This document shows positions 11,577 through 23,818 of a stretch of 64,000 bases of DNA, one piece after another. The stretch is from Perkinsus olseni (lineage: Eukaryota). Every line of letters starts with the position of its first letter. Positions within the stretch are counted from its first letter, which is position 1. A program made the position numbers and the translations under genes. Under the pieces are notes generated by a model that was given only the letters and a program-made list of their open reading frames with translations, did no database searches and had not been told where the DNA came from. The DNA lies in assembly GCA_013115125.1 (NCBI GenBank), contig JABANN010000004.1:1-64000 (forward strand), in the 5' to 3' direction.

Positions 11577-13116
11577 GTCAGTCATCAGGACTTCTCTCGC
11601 GAGCTTGATGGACGCGCAAGAAGCCAGGACGAGAGGCTTCTAAATCCACTGTGGAGTGAGCCGGATGTCGCAAAGGTGAGAAGCTTGCAGTAAAAACCAG
11701 TAAGGACATACTGTGCGGATCCTAGAGGTGGAACCGCGTTATAATATCATCAAACCTGGACTCTTAGCACTTGAAGAACGTGCCGATCACCATGCGGACG
11801 TGACACCTATATTGCTCACTTCGACGCATTTCGGTCTTCGAAATGCCAGCTCTTCGTTATAACGGGCCGACTACCATTACTTCATACGCTGACCGAACGA
11901 AGTGCGTCCACTGGCCCGATGAAAGATTCTTGCTAGACCATGGGCGCACAGCCTTAGCAGTACTCTTTGAATCGAAGCTTTGCAATCCACAAAATAAGTG
12001 AGTCTCGCCCCGCATACGAAGTGAACCACAGAGGCTGTCAGTACGAGCCCGGCCCACCAACGATATGCTTCATCGAGTTCCGGCGATAACCTCAAGCGTC
12101 ATGATCGACCTCTCGGTTTCGGGTGAGCTTCCAACTCATTACACTGCGACGGAGTTTGTTCAATAAACCCGCGATCTGCAGTGAATGGATAAAATGGACG
12201 CCTGACCATCAAAAAGCCTCAATATGTAATGACGAACGGTGACAAGCGGACTGGAGGGGACCACCAGAAATGCTTCCTTGAATTTTGTACTTCCCCCTCG
12301 GATTTTGGGAATTACCCGGGAACCACCCATCCTCGACAACACGTAGAATAAAAGCCGGCCGAGCCGGGCCGGCCCTACCAGTAGCTGGTGATTCCTCGGC
12401 GGTCCTTGAGTGAAGGTCTCGCGAGAGAGCAAGTTCAAGCAAGTGCACGAATGATGGAAGAATGGGAGTGTTCCGCTACCGCAACCGCATGGTACCGGCG
12501 TACTAGGGCTCCCATAGCCATAGAGCGTGACAAGTCTCACTGCGATTGCCGACTTGGCACTGTTGTTTTTTTTAATCAAGTTGGTTGGGGGACACTAACG
12601 CATGCCGAGTTACCGTGGATCGTACCTGGCGGCACGGTTAGTGTGACCAAGCGTACACTGGGGCTCGAGGCCCAAGGTAAGACCCTGAAAGGGTTCGGGC
12701 CTCGGGTTCACAGTGCTTGGTCCTCTCCCACACTCCCGACCAACTGTCCGCGCCGAGAGGCAGGGGGTTCCGAATAAGGGAACGGGCCTTGAAGTTCGCA
12801 GACATCACTGATACGGCTCAGCTGGGCGTGTGCTTGAGATACTAACCCTACTGCTGCTGATGGTGTTCAGGACATCCGCGATGAACCTTCTCAAATGATG
12901 CTCGTTTTGGCTCGGACTACACCTGTCTTGCGAGATGCACGACTCACGCAGCGACGAAGCGAGGGCTCCATGAGAAGGGAAGGCACTCTCAGTACCTGCT
13001 CCACGCCTGAGGGTTGACACCTCCCTTCTGAAGTACCTCGATCGTGGTTTTTCGGGCGAGCGCTTGGTATTGTGCGCAGATCGTAAGAAAGTTGAATCAT
13101 CATCTCTGATTAATGA

Positions 13117-14076
13117 ATGTTGTCGCATGCTACAAGACGAGGAGGGTCCACCAGGGCCTGCCGACTGTGCTCCAAGGTGCTCGGAGTCCGGCATGTCTCC
13201 ACTGCCGCCCAGCCGGGCCTGCGGGGTGCTGATAATGCCTTCAACTCGATGTTCGAGCTTGCCGATGAAAAGCGGAACCACCTACAGGAGATAGTCGATG
13301 AAGTAAGGGGGTGAGTGGGGCGGTGGGAGGAGCGGACCAATCCGGCTCGATGTCGTCAGATCATGACCTTGGAGCTGCGAGACGCGAGGGACTTGGCGGA
13401 CGTCCTCGAAGCAACGCTGGACTCCGAAAGTAGCATGTGGGACGCATCAGGTCTCGTGGTAGTGATTTGGGCAGATTTCATAACCACAAGCGTGATACCT
13501 GGAAGGCAGCCCTTTCCACACCCCATGCACATGTTTTCGGGCTTGGATGCTGCCACACGGCCGGGCATGTATCAACCGTACGGCCTAGGCGGCAGGCTAC
13601 CCCAGCTGGGGACTCCTACCACCACACCTGCCGTACCGCAGCAGGTTAATGCGGAGCCGGGTACTGGTACGGACCTTGAGAGTGGGCCGGTAGTAGCACT
13701 CTTTAGCCATCACGAGCAGTCCTCCTGAGCCCAAGGCGCCGCAGGCGGAGGCAGCAGCAGCGGCACCGGCTCAGACCAGTAGTGTTGTGACATTGAAGCT
13801 GGTGAGTTACGAGGATGGCAAGAAGGTTACTGTGGTTAAGGAGGTGAGCCCTGTACTCGGCGTCAAATGCTGGATTCACCTCATAGGTCCGGGCCCTCCT
13901 GGGTCTAGGACTCAAGGAGTCCAAAGAGATGGTGGAAGATCTCCCTAAGGTGAAGGTGGTAGAAGTATCGTTAGGAATTCTGTTGGTAGATACTGAAAAA
14001 AGGGTTGGATAAGGGGGCGGCACAGAAGGTGATGGAAAAGTTCAAGTCAGCGGGCGCTGAAGTTGTTATCGCCTAG
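13117..14076 (+). CDS. MRPL12: Mitochondrial ribosomal protein L7/L12 (bL12m)
   Basis: Arg-rich presequence-like N-terminus, LQEIVDEIMTLELRDARDLADVLE, and C-terminal domain VTLKLVSYEDGKKVTVVKEVRALLGLGLKESKEMVEDLPKILKKGLDKGAAQKVMEKFKSAGAEVVIA*. Confidence 0.9.
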
Positions 14077-14182
14077 CATGCCAGCCCAGCCGTGTGTCTG
14101 ACGTTTCGAGTCTTCTCATTTTTTATGTTGGGTTGGTGAGGACTCTCGGCAGGGTTGAAGGAAATCGTTCCATAGTGTTGGT

Positions 14183-17100
14183 ATGACGTACTTCGCGAAC
14201 CCGGCAGGACAGCCGCCTCCTCCTCCCGACAGCTCCCCTGCTCAGGCTACTGTGCAGCCGGTGAGGGTAGAGTACGGGTATCACCTCCAACAGCAGCAAT
14301 GGTCTCGGGTAGTATGGGCAGCATGCTAAGGCGCTTGAGAGCATCCTGTACGGTCGTAGTAACTGTCCTTACTTCTGCTTAGCCCCAACCTGGTGCGCAA
14401 AAGGGCCGGGCTGGGCAGCGCCTTCCACCAGCGACTGAGATGTCCCCGATCAGCGTGGCCTCGGCACCCAGCCCTCAGGATAGTGAGGGTAGTATCTTCG
14501 CAGGATGTGTCCAGGTTCAAGTTTGAGTCAGGTAACGTCTCGTTCGGAATGCCTGACGCAGGGGAAGGCCCGCATATCTTGGGTGCCCGACGGGGTTTAC
14601 CAGCAGGGCAAACTTCGATGCCGAAAAGACGTAGGCTCGCGTGTCACGTGTTGCTCTTGAAGGATGTTCTCTTAAGGCCGGGCCTCCTCCCCTCCTGGAG
14701 CGTCTTCCAGTGATGATGAGTGGAGGCACTCACCGAGCTCCAGCTCCTCGGATGGTGACGACGTGGACCATGGGTCCTTGCGGGCACCCAGTCGACGCCC
14801 CCTTCGGTTTCACCCGCTGCTCTCGGGCAAATGTGACTCTCGAGAGTTCGACAAGTATGAGCCTAGACTACTGGAGATGGACGGCCCACTATGGTACTTC
14901 GGATTTGTGTGTTTTCCCACGGGACTGCTGCTGTCGGCAGGCAATCGTGCGGCCGACGGATCGTTCCAGTGAGTCCGGTACTGCAGCTCACACCGGATAC
15001 GGTTTGCCGAGTGTCTAAGGTTATAGCGGCGGAAAAACGGTATTACGGGGCGACCCACCGCTGTCGAATCACAGGCTGCCAGGTGTATCGGTTTGGACGT
15101 AGTAGGAGTGCCAGCACCGAAATTACCCGACAACAGCAGCAAGCGGTCAATAGTGGACCATCTCGTTATCGCGACAATGCATGGGGTTACCATCATTGGC
15201 CCGGCTGCTGCTGCTGCTGCTGCTGGCAGCATGTGCAAAGATATGCTCGCAGCCCAGCTCATAGGGCACCTCAAGGTAGGCGGCCGCACCGAGTCGACTT
15301 TGACGCATCTTGCCGTCTCAGTTGTATCGGAATACGGTACATGTCGTCATTCCTCGGACGGATGTGCTTGATAGGGCCTGTCGCTTCCTAGGCTTCAAGC
15401 ACGGTAGGTCCTGACCCACATGAGTGTTCGGTTATTAGGGTAGCTTTTTCAGGAGCTTTGGCGGGCATGATCAACGTAGTGCAGTGGGTCAGGAAGTGGG
15501 CTACGAGTAAGAAGACGCATGGCGCCGCTATCCTGGCCAAAAACATCATTGCCGTAAGTGAAGGGACAACAGCCGGACACGACAGGACCTCTCTCTTGCA
15601 GGACCTAGAAGCCTCGGGAGGGGGAGAGCTCTCCGTTGAGAGCCTTTGCGGCTTCTTCTTGCCATACAAGCCGCACTTTACTGGGCCTCCGAAGGAGAAT
15701 CTGGAGAGGCTGCCGAACAATGTTCGCTCGCATACCATGGCCCATGTGGCATTTTTCACGAGGAAGGTAGTAGCTCCTGAACGCAGCTAACTTTACAACT
15801 TCGCCCCATCAGGTTTTCCGAATGTTTTATGACCGGGCCGCGGACCCAGATGGGGCCTGCAGGGCAGACAGTAGTGAGGGCGCTCGTGAGACTGATTGCG
15901 TATCGGTGGTAACCTCCGAGGAGGGCGCTGCCGCTACCCCGATCACCTCCGGTCCCAATGTCGTCGCTGCGGGCGGGAAGTCTCCGATGGCCCGGCTGTC
16001 CACGGGAGATGTTCAAGATCTGGAGGGAGTGGCCATGGGCATCCGTGAGCTGAGGCGCAGCGGAGAGGAGCTCGCGAAACAGCCACGCGAAAGTTGACGA
16101 CAACACGGAGTTTCTGTTCGGAAGGCCCGGCTTTGGTTTATTCGCCCCTCTGCCGCTGCTGTGGGGCATGGTTGTCCTGGTCTTAATCGCTGGCCAAGCT
16201 TGATTGAATGAATGCCGGAACTGCTAGGAGGGGCGCGTTATCTTCTATTACCAAGCGAACCGGGCGCGGCAGCGGCCTTCCACGTACCCCCACCAGAGGT
16301 GGGCTGATCGGCAGCAGCAGGCCGCCATCGCGAGGTGCTTTACGAGGTCGGGGGGGAGGTGTAGCGGGCCCCTCGAGGATGATGCAATCCCGCGGGGGTC
16401 GAGGTCGAGCTGTACCTAAGGCAGGCAGGATCGTTCGGGCAACATGGCGGACGCCGCCGCCGCCGCTCGCTCGAGGTGGTTCTACCTCATCATTACCCCG
16501 GTCCGTAAGGGTACCCTCGTCTAGCTCTAGCTTTGCCCGGTACACCGGTGATTCCGATGGTCGAAGCCCTAAGTCATTGCTGCTGGGCCGACCGCCTGCT
16601 TCGAGGACAGCGGGTGGGCTGGTGGACTTAACTCACCCAGAAGAAGGCCTCCGCGTGCCACGCCCCTCCCTTGCAGGGTTGCCGAAAGCTGGGCGGGTGG
16701 TCACGGCTGATTCTACAGCCAAGGCGCTACCACGCCAAAGCTTGCCCCCTCCGCTCCCACCCGGTCGCCCTATAACGTCTACCGATCGGCCCCCGACCAA
16801 TCCCAGCCCTATTGAGAGGGGGCTCGTTGAAAGGGCGCCTAGGCCTACTGAGAAGCAGCCCTTTCCTACTGAGAGGCATGTCAGCCCAACTGAGAGGCAG
16901 CCCAGGCCAACCGAGGGGGCGTGCGGCCCTTCCCAAAGAAGTAGACCGCCTCTCACAAGGCGACTGCCAAAGCCTGATGTACCGAAGGAGGGTGCCCGAG
17001 GTATACTGGAGAGGATGCGAGAGCTGCAGGCGAGATTGAATACACTGGCCTCCGCAAATGCCGGTGGTAGTACCAGCACCCAGCGTCCAGCGGATCATTC

Positions 17101-17396
17101 GGCAGACTCGCAAGACCGGCGAGGCCGGAAGCGCCCCCACGAAGAATGTGAGCCCGCAGCTCCGCAGGTGAGCGGTGGAAGGGGCGGCCTGGCTCCCGCC
17201 ACAGCCGATGTTTCAGACTTCCAGTAGTGCTAAGGCGCCCACGGGAGAAGTGGTGGAGTCCACGAGTGATGAGACCGGAGGGGATTTACCACAGCTCAGC
17301 CGCGAACAGAAGGCGTCTTTATGTAATTCATTACTTGCTTTTATCCACCGAGAGCTCTCCTCAGCTGCACGAGACAGGATGTGCATTTGTCCTTGA
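14183..17396 (+). CDS. Paralog A: degenerate DEDDy 3'-5' exonuclease-like domain plus RG/P-rich disordered region
   Basis: Spliced TPDTVCRVSKVIAAEKR|CIGLDVVGVP...HLVIATMHGVTIIG...SVESLCGFF...MAHVAFFTRK|VFRMF, a long RGG/P-rich exon (~16228-17167), ending LSREQKASLCNSLLAFIHRELSS. Joining across 16045-16227 uses plausible GT-AG introns but is uncertain. Confidence 0.55.
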
Positions 17397-17562
17397 AGTA
17401 TTGGTATCATTCACTGCTAGTGTCGAGCCATTCTCTGAACTGTGGTGTGCCGCGTTTGGTGTGGGTGGATCCTCTCCAGACTTTCTCCTCGATCTTCTCT
17501 GCGCAGTTGACTGCATCCGGCAAGGTGAGCAGTACGGTGACCTCCTGCGGTGTGATACAGTA

Positions 17563-20500
17563 ATGGCCAACACATACGATTACTATGCTGGTCAAGGCTA
17601 CGATCAGCAGCAACAACAACAACAACAGGCTCCGATTCCGAGATTGGGGGTCCCCTACAGCAACCGCTCTCAGCCACCTGGCACGGTACCTATGCCGCTG
17701 CCTCGGTATGCCCCCAAGCGTTCTTGGGAGGCTGCTCCCTGGCAGCAGCAACAGCAGCAAGGACAGGCTCTTGATCATAGCGTCAGTGCAGCAGCGTGGG
17801 CCCCTGCGAACAATAGCAACAATGGTGGTACATGGCAACAACAGGAGAGATACAAAACACGGCAGCCAGCCATCGGCCACGCTGATGCTGATGCCTTCTC
17901 TCACTACCTGGACGCCTCGAGGCCCCCCGCAGCACCGAGGCCGCTGCCCTTCCACCAGCTCACACCGGACGCTGGTTGGCCTCCTCCACTCAGCTCCCTC
18001 GGTGTGGCTGTCGCCAAGCCCCTCCCGCCTGGGTACCGCCCCCACGACTATCGAGACCTTGATAGTGCGTCTATCGACCGCCAAACGGTGTCCATCGCTC
18101 GACCGATGTCGCACCCCCTCGAGCAGCAGCAAGCGCCTCAGCGAGTTGTGGGAGTTCTCACAATGATAGATGCTTCTAGGGGCCTCATACAGTCGGAGGC
18201 AACTGGGGCCTCCAAGATTGTCTTTCACGTCAGCCAGTGTAGCAATGCCCAGCAAAAACAGACGGTAAGTCCACCAGCTGCGGGGTTGTCTTCACATTCG
18301 TTCTCTTCCCTCAGCTGGCTGATCGTGTGAAGCGTGGCTCTGCTTCGGGCAAGAAGCTGCCTGTGACGTTCACTGTGGCCCAGCTCCCAAACGGCACATG
18401 TGTTGCTAAGTCCGTCTCGGTGGTCGGTGCCAAGCCCAACGATGGCAAGGGAGCTCAGGTAAAGTTGCCATTTTCATTCAGCTCTTTAGTGCCTCTCCTT
18501 CAGGCCTCAGCACCATCAGGCCCACCAGTGGAGGTTCTGGAACGGGCGAGGAAGGTGCAAGAGGCAGCCGTTGCTGCTGTTGCCTCAGCCAAGGCTATGT
18601 ACCCACCGGCCCAGCGCGGCAAGGGACCCTCTCCTAAGGCGAAGGCTCCGAACAATCGCAAGAGAAGGAATAATCATCCAAAAGCCGGGGCGGGGCCGCG
18701 TCCCCCTCCTGTTCGCGGAGGGAAGCCCTCGAACCCGAAGAAGAGCGCGAAAGTCGCATCACCGCGAGGATCGGCGCCAGTAAAAAGGTCCCCACCCGTC
18801 GCCAAGGTGAGAAGGGCTCCGAGCTTGAGGTCGGTCTAGCTACTATGTTGGTTCTCAGGCGAAGGAAGTACCGGAAAAACCAGTACGACTTGCCGAGAAT
18901 CTCGCCCCCAACGATCTGGCGAATCCCAACGCCCCACTGCTTGGCGGCCTTGCTCAGCTCACCATACCACCTGGCTTCCCGCCCCTTCCTCCGGGACCCC
19001 CGCCGCATGCTACTTCGACCATTCCCGGACCGCCCTTGCAGCAGCAGCAGCCCTCGGCTGGTGGTGCTCCCGAGGCGAAGGCTTCGTCCAAGCAGCAAGC
19101 TGAGGCCTCCTCCTCCTCCTCCTCCTCCTCCTCCTCCTCCACGGTGGTCCGTGACTGGCGTGTGAAGGCAGCGGCGGCCTCCAAGGCCACTGCCTCAGCG
19201 AGTAGCAAAGAGTTCGCCTATAAGCGATCGGCTGAGCACCCTTTGCGGCTGGTGAAAGCGAGCAACCCTCCGAAACCGAAGTCCCCCGCTAAGACCGCTC
19301 CGGAGCCGGCCAAGGTTACTAAGGCGAGCCCAACCGGGGTCCCAGCTCCTCCTGCAGAGAAGGCCAAAACGAAGGCAGCCAGTAAGTGAACCGGTGACTA
19401 TGATCTCATTGATACGATGGCATCGGCATGCCAGGTCCATCTTCAGTGGTACCACCCAAGCCCAGCCAACCAAAGCTGCCGATCGAATCCCGCTCCGGCA
19501 AGGGCAATGGCTTGGATGATCTCCAGTCAAGCCGCACGCGGTCTATGTCCCACACGTCCTCGTCGGGCTCCTCGGCCGTCTCCCCCATCTCGGTTGCCAC
19601 TTCCACTGGGTACGCTAGGCATCAGTAGCTTGCTGTAGGAAGCCTATCTTCTGTCAGTGAGCGTGGTCATGTGAGCATCCCCGAGGATGACCTTGACTTC
19701 ACATATGATAGCGACAGCTTCAGCAGCGCAGGCATCATTTTTAAAGAAGGATGGCTGCCTTCCGATCCGTGAGGGATACTCGGGTGTATCTGTACTTTGG
19801 TGAGCTTGCCGTGCTGCTCAGTCCCACCGTCACGGTCACCCTATTGGGCAGCACCTGCGAGGACGTCGCCCGGGTTATCAGGCGCATCTGCGCGGAAAAA
19901 TCGTAGGAGTTCTTTTCGCGGCCGTTGGGAGACTGATGGCGTTCCCATGGCAGGTGTGTCTCTTTGGACGTCGTTGACGTCCCCATCGAGCGAGGCTACT
20001 CTACCCGCAGCACGGTTCTGGCGATCGGCACACGTCACGGCATCTCCGTCATCGGCTGTGACGGCCCGAATAGTGGCAGGGCGAAAAGTGATAACGTGGA
20101 GTGGACGGTGGCGAGGACGATTCTGGCCAACCATCTTTTCGGCCGAGCATCGGTACTAGGCTGCTCACCCTTGGCTATGTGGAAATTCTCCCCTTCTCCT
20201 CAGAGCCGCTCTTCCACTGTCCCGCTGGTTGTAGACAACTCGAATGGGGCCTCGAGACTTTGCCGTTTTCTCGGAATGTATGACCTGTCTCGAGAGGAGG
20301 CTCTGCAGAGTGTTGATATCATTGATGCAATTAAGAAGATGCTGGTCCAGTCGGAGAAGGGCGGTGGAGGACTACCACCCCGCGCCGATTCCCTCATGAA
20401 GGACATCCGCATGGTACGGTGTCTTCTGCTGTCTGTCACACTTCCACCTATCGCTATTAGTTCCATGACGCTCGGTCGATTCCCGTGACACTGGCGAGTC

Positions 20501-21074
20501 TGTGTAACTATTTCCATCGCCCCCATCGAGTCCGGCTCGGCTCGGCCCCGCACACTACGCGAGCCTTCGACCTCGGTCACATTGCCTTTTATACCAGACG
20601 CGTAGTATACCTTATTCCTTCTCCCTCGAGCTTGCGCTCCACCAGCCGGTTCGTTAGGTCTTTCAGCAGTTTAATAAGAGATTCACAGCGAAGGCGGGTA
20701 CACGCAAGAGGAAGCGGCAAATAGCAACGGAAGAGGCCAGGGTATTCACTGCTTCACCGTTGTTTCTTCAGCACTGCTAATTGGGAGTTCCCCATGATGG
20801 GAATCGCGGGCGGTGTTTGCAGGGCTTTTCGCAGGTCTCTCGCAATGTCGCCAATGACCACGGAACCAGTAGTCAGTCGCAGAACTCGTCCGCACAGCGT
20901 GATAAGTGTGGACCTGCTGTTGAGCCCGCGCAGGGACGTGTAAGTAAGGCGCCACGAACAGAGGGGGGAGGGAAACACACCGGGTTGAGTGATGCTGATA
21001 GAAAGCTTGTGAAAGATGCTATATTGAGTTTCATACAAAGAGAGCTACAGCGTAGTAAGAACGCCTGGACTTGA
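17563..21074 (+). CDS. Paralog B: Q/P-rich N-terminus, cold-shock-like OB fold, disordered linker, degenerate DEDDy exonuclease-like domain
   Basis: MANTYDYYAGQGYDQQQQ start. CSD-like VVGVLTMIDASRGLIQSEATGASKIVFHVSQC...VTFTVAQLPNGTCVAKSV. Then TCEDVARVIRRICAEKS|CVSLDVVDVP...VLAIGTRHGISVIG...TLASLCNYF...LGHIAFYTRR|VFQQF, ending LSDADRKLVKDAILSFIQRELQR. Confidence 0.6.
19106..19140 (+). repeat. (TCC)n microsatellite encoding poly-Ser
   Basis: About 11 perfect TCC units inside the coding linker of paralog B. Confidence 0.9.
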
Positions 21075-21321
21075 ACTGACCCCTCCCTCGACGCCGCCCC
21101 GCCGCCGGTACGAACCAGCCGTAGCAGGCGTAGCGGTAGTAGGAATATTGACAAAACGGCCGTGGCGTCGACGGTGGCGACGGGCCTATGACTATTTGTA
21201 CCATTCTTCCTTCCCTATCTTCAACGTATGCACACTGCTCCGCAAGGAGCAGTCTTTACTCAAGGCCTGTTGCGTTGTAGTACCTCATCGCAGCCTTGCC
21301 CGACAGCTGTTGGCCTCCCTT

Positions 21322-23605
21322 ATGGCCTCCTCCCCCTCTCTACCTCCTCGAGACGATCTCTATCGGAGGTTTCGAGTCGTTCCTTCGGCTGATGATTCTC
21401 ATCTAGTCCACCGCAAAGCAATATGGGATGCTCGGGGATGTAAGTTCCCTCCTGTCTAGCAACACCGCCCGGCACCCAACAGGCGAGGTGATGATGATTG
21501 ACTTCCTTTTCGTGGCGCTCAGGCAAGCCGAGCCTCGATGAGTCGGAGCTCTTGGAGATGTCCAACGACACTCTGGTGGACTACCTACGAATACTTCACT
21601 TCAACGAGATAGACCTGTATTTCCTGTTGAACGAATCTACTCTGGTTCACGCCTCAAAGCCTATAGCCTACGAGAACCCCTGCAATGAACGGAAGGCCCT
21701 CTTCCTCGCCAAAAAGGTGTTGACCTCTCACGGTGCCTCCACGCAAAGGGTGGCGAAATTGCAGAACAAGATAGACTCCTTCTGCCGTCCCGCCAGCAAC
21801 GTCCGTATCTCAAGCGAAGTGGAAGTCTCGAACCCTTACGTGGCTGAGGTAGCGCCCAAATGCGTGGTGGGTAACCGGTCGTCGGATCTGGGTGGAGGCG
21901 TGGGGCTGTACGCGAAGGAAAACGTCTCTGCTGGTGAGTCCTCTCGATTACTTCTGCGCAAAGCTGCTCCGCCCAACTCGCAGGTGACGATGTAATACGC
22001 GTCCCTGAGGGCGATTCGCGAATTATTAACATCTACGCAGCGGCGGCCGACGAGGATTTCGGTCCGGTGGTGGAGAGTCTCCTCGCCGCAGGCCACCACA
22101 TCGACACCTGCCTTCTTATGTAAGCCAACATGGTGCGTCGTTTCTCCCCGAGGGAGCGACCATCAGGTACTTGGTACACATCTACAAGTCACCTAAGCTG
22201 CGATCGTTACCTGCCATCGCGTGTTTTGTACAGTATCTCCCGACGGAGTTCTCGGGCAACCTAATGGAGTGGCCACTTGAAGCCTTGGACGCTCTTGGAA
22301 TTCCTCAAATAAAACAGCTGGTACTCCTCTTCGAAGCCTGTAAAAATGTGGACGCTTTCTCTCATCAGGTGTCCCAGCAGATGGATCTCCTCTGGGGTAT
22401 ACACCGTGCATTGCCAGCTGGCCTCTGTGGCAGTTTTGATGACGAGCTTCTGTGGGCTCGGTCTCTCTGCGACAGCCGAGCCTTCGCTCTCGAGGTAGTG
22501 CTCATTGTGAACGCCTCTTCTTAAGAGGTCGGCTACTGACTCGTAGCACAACAGCATCGAATGTCAGCATGTTGCACTCGTGACAACAGGCTACACTTAG
22601 ATCTCCTTTGGGTTTGAGGAGGCTGCGAGAGAAGCGGCTTGGGCAGTATCGTTCCGTCGTAGGTCCCTCCTCCGTCTTGGTGCCCTCACTGGCTCAAGAA
22701 GTACCTAACACCGGATCAACCCATCACGTGCGTGGTAAGTCTCCCTTCGCTCTCACCCTTGACCGCTAGGACGCCATGCAGGTCCCGGGTGCAGATCTGT
22801 TGAACCACCACCAGCAGGGCCAGTGTGGGTTCCCCCGCTTCGACAAGGAGAGTCGGTCGTTCGTGATCACGGCAGAGGCCAACGTGCCCGCGGGTTCGGA
22901 GTTGTTCATCAACTATGGTGGACTCCAGAACTGGGAGCAGCTCATGTAAGGCTGTCGCAGTGAGTGGCTCTCCAGTTAGCGAAAAGCGAAACTGCTCTTA
23001 GGTATTATGGCTTCTGTGAATTTACCCAGAATCCGTACGACTCCGTCACACTGGACCTAGCTGCAGCTGGTGCTGAGGAAGGCCTCCAATTGGACAGAAT
23101 AGGTGAGGTTGTGGCCGCTACGCTCCTCTTGTCCCATATCCCATCCCAGGCACTGAGCACATAATAAGGCGAGGTCAGCCTACAGTATCACCCAGACTTT
23201 GGGAGGCCCTCACCAATATGGCCGGCGTCGAGAACTTAGAGCAGCTCGAGGAGGACGCGGTGGTATCTCTTATCACCCTTCTGAGACAGGTCAGGCTGAT
23301 CAAAGCGTACGATTCGGAACGCCATTTCATTCCAGGTCACGCTAGCACCTCTTCCTGAGTCACCGGCAGCCAACGACTGGTGGACAGAAGAGTACGGCTC
23401 GACCATCAAGCAGGTAGGCGTCGCGCGTGGTTCGCCTCCTCCTGACTCCTTACATCAGTTCCGGAGCTCCCAGATGGCACTTGTTGATGAAGCAGAGCGT
23501 GTTCTTCGCCAAATGGTTGATAAAGACAGGAAGGCGAGGATTGTCCGTGCTGGTGGTGGTCAGGGAGGCCGACGGAAGGCCAAGTCTGCTAAGAAGAGGC
23601 GATGA
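21322..23605 (+). CDS. SET-domain protein lysine methyltransferase (Rubisco LSMT/SETD3/SETD6-like)
   Basis: GGGVGLYAKENVSAG, ELLWARSLCDSRAF, VPGADLLNHH and ELFINYGGLQNWEQLMYYGF SET motifs; basic C-terminal RRKAKSAKKRR*. Confidence 0.88.
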
Positions 23606-23818
23606 CCTTTGTCAGCCTACGATGCCCCAACGTTAATCCAGTATGGTTTCCTCACTCCACGCCGGCTTTTGTGTTGCAGTGACGTGTACGGTTCGGTGAA
23701 TGGAACGAGTTCGGGTTTCCCTTCGTTTACTGCGGATACGGGTTTCAAGTCCTATTGCGGGTTGACTGCTAACGCAAGTGAATACTCGCGATATCAACAA
23801 TGGTAGCATGAAGATCAT

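Noticed and set aside
14640-14900. Possible SPOC domain in paralog A
   Set aside because: The resemblance needed frame mixing; the canonical splice path leads into the exonuclease-like domain instead.
22688-22698. CTGGCTCAAG resembling the 3' end of the perkinsid/dinoflagellate spliced leader
   Set aside because: It lies inside a SET-gene exon (CPHWLKK) and lacks the ACCGTAGCCAT 5' part, so it is not a relict SL.
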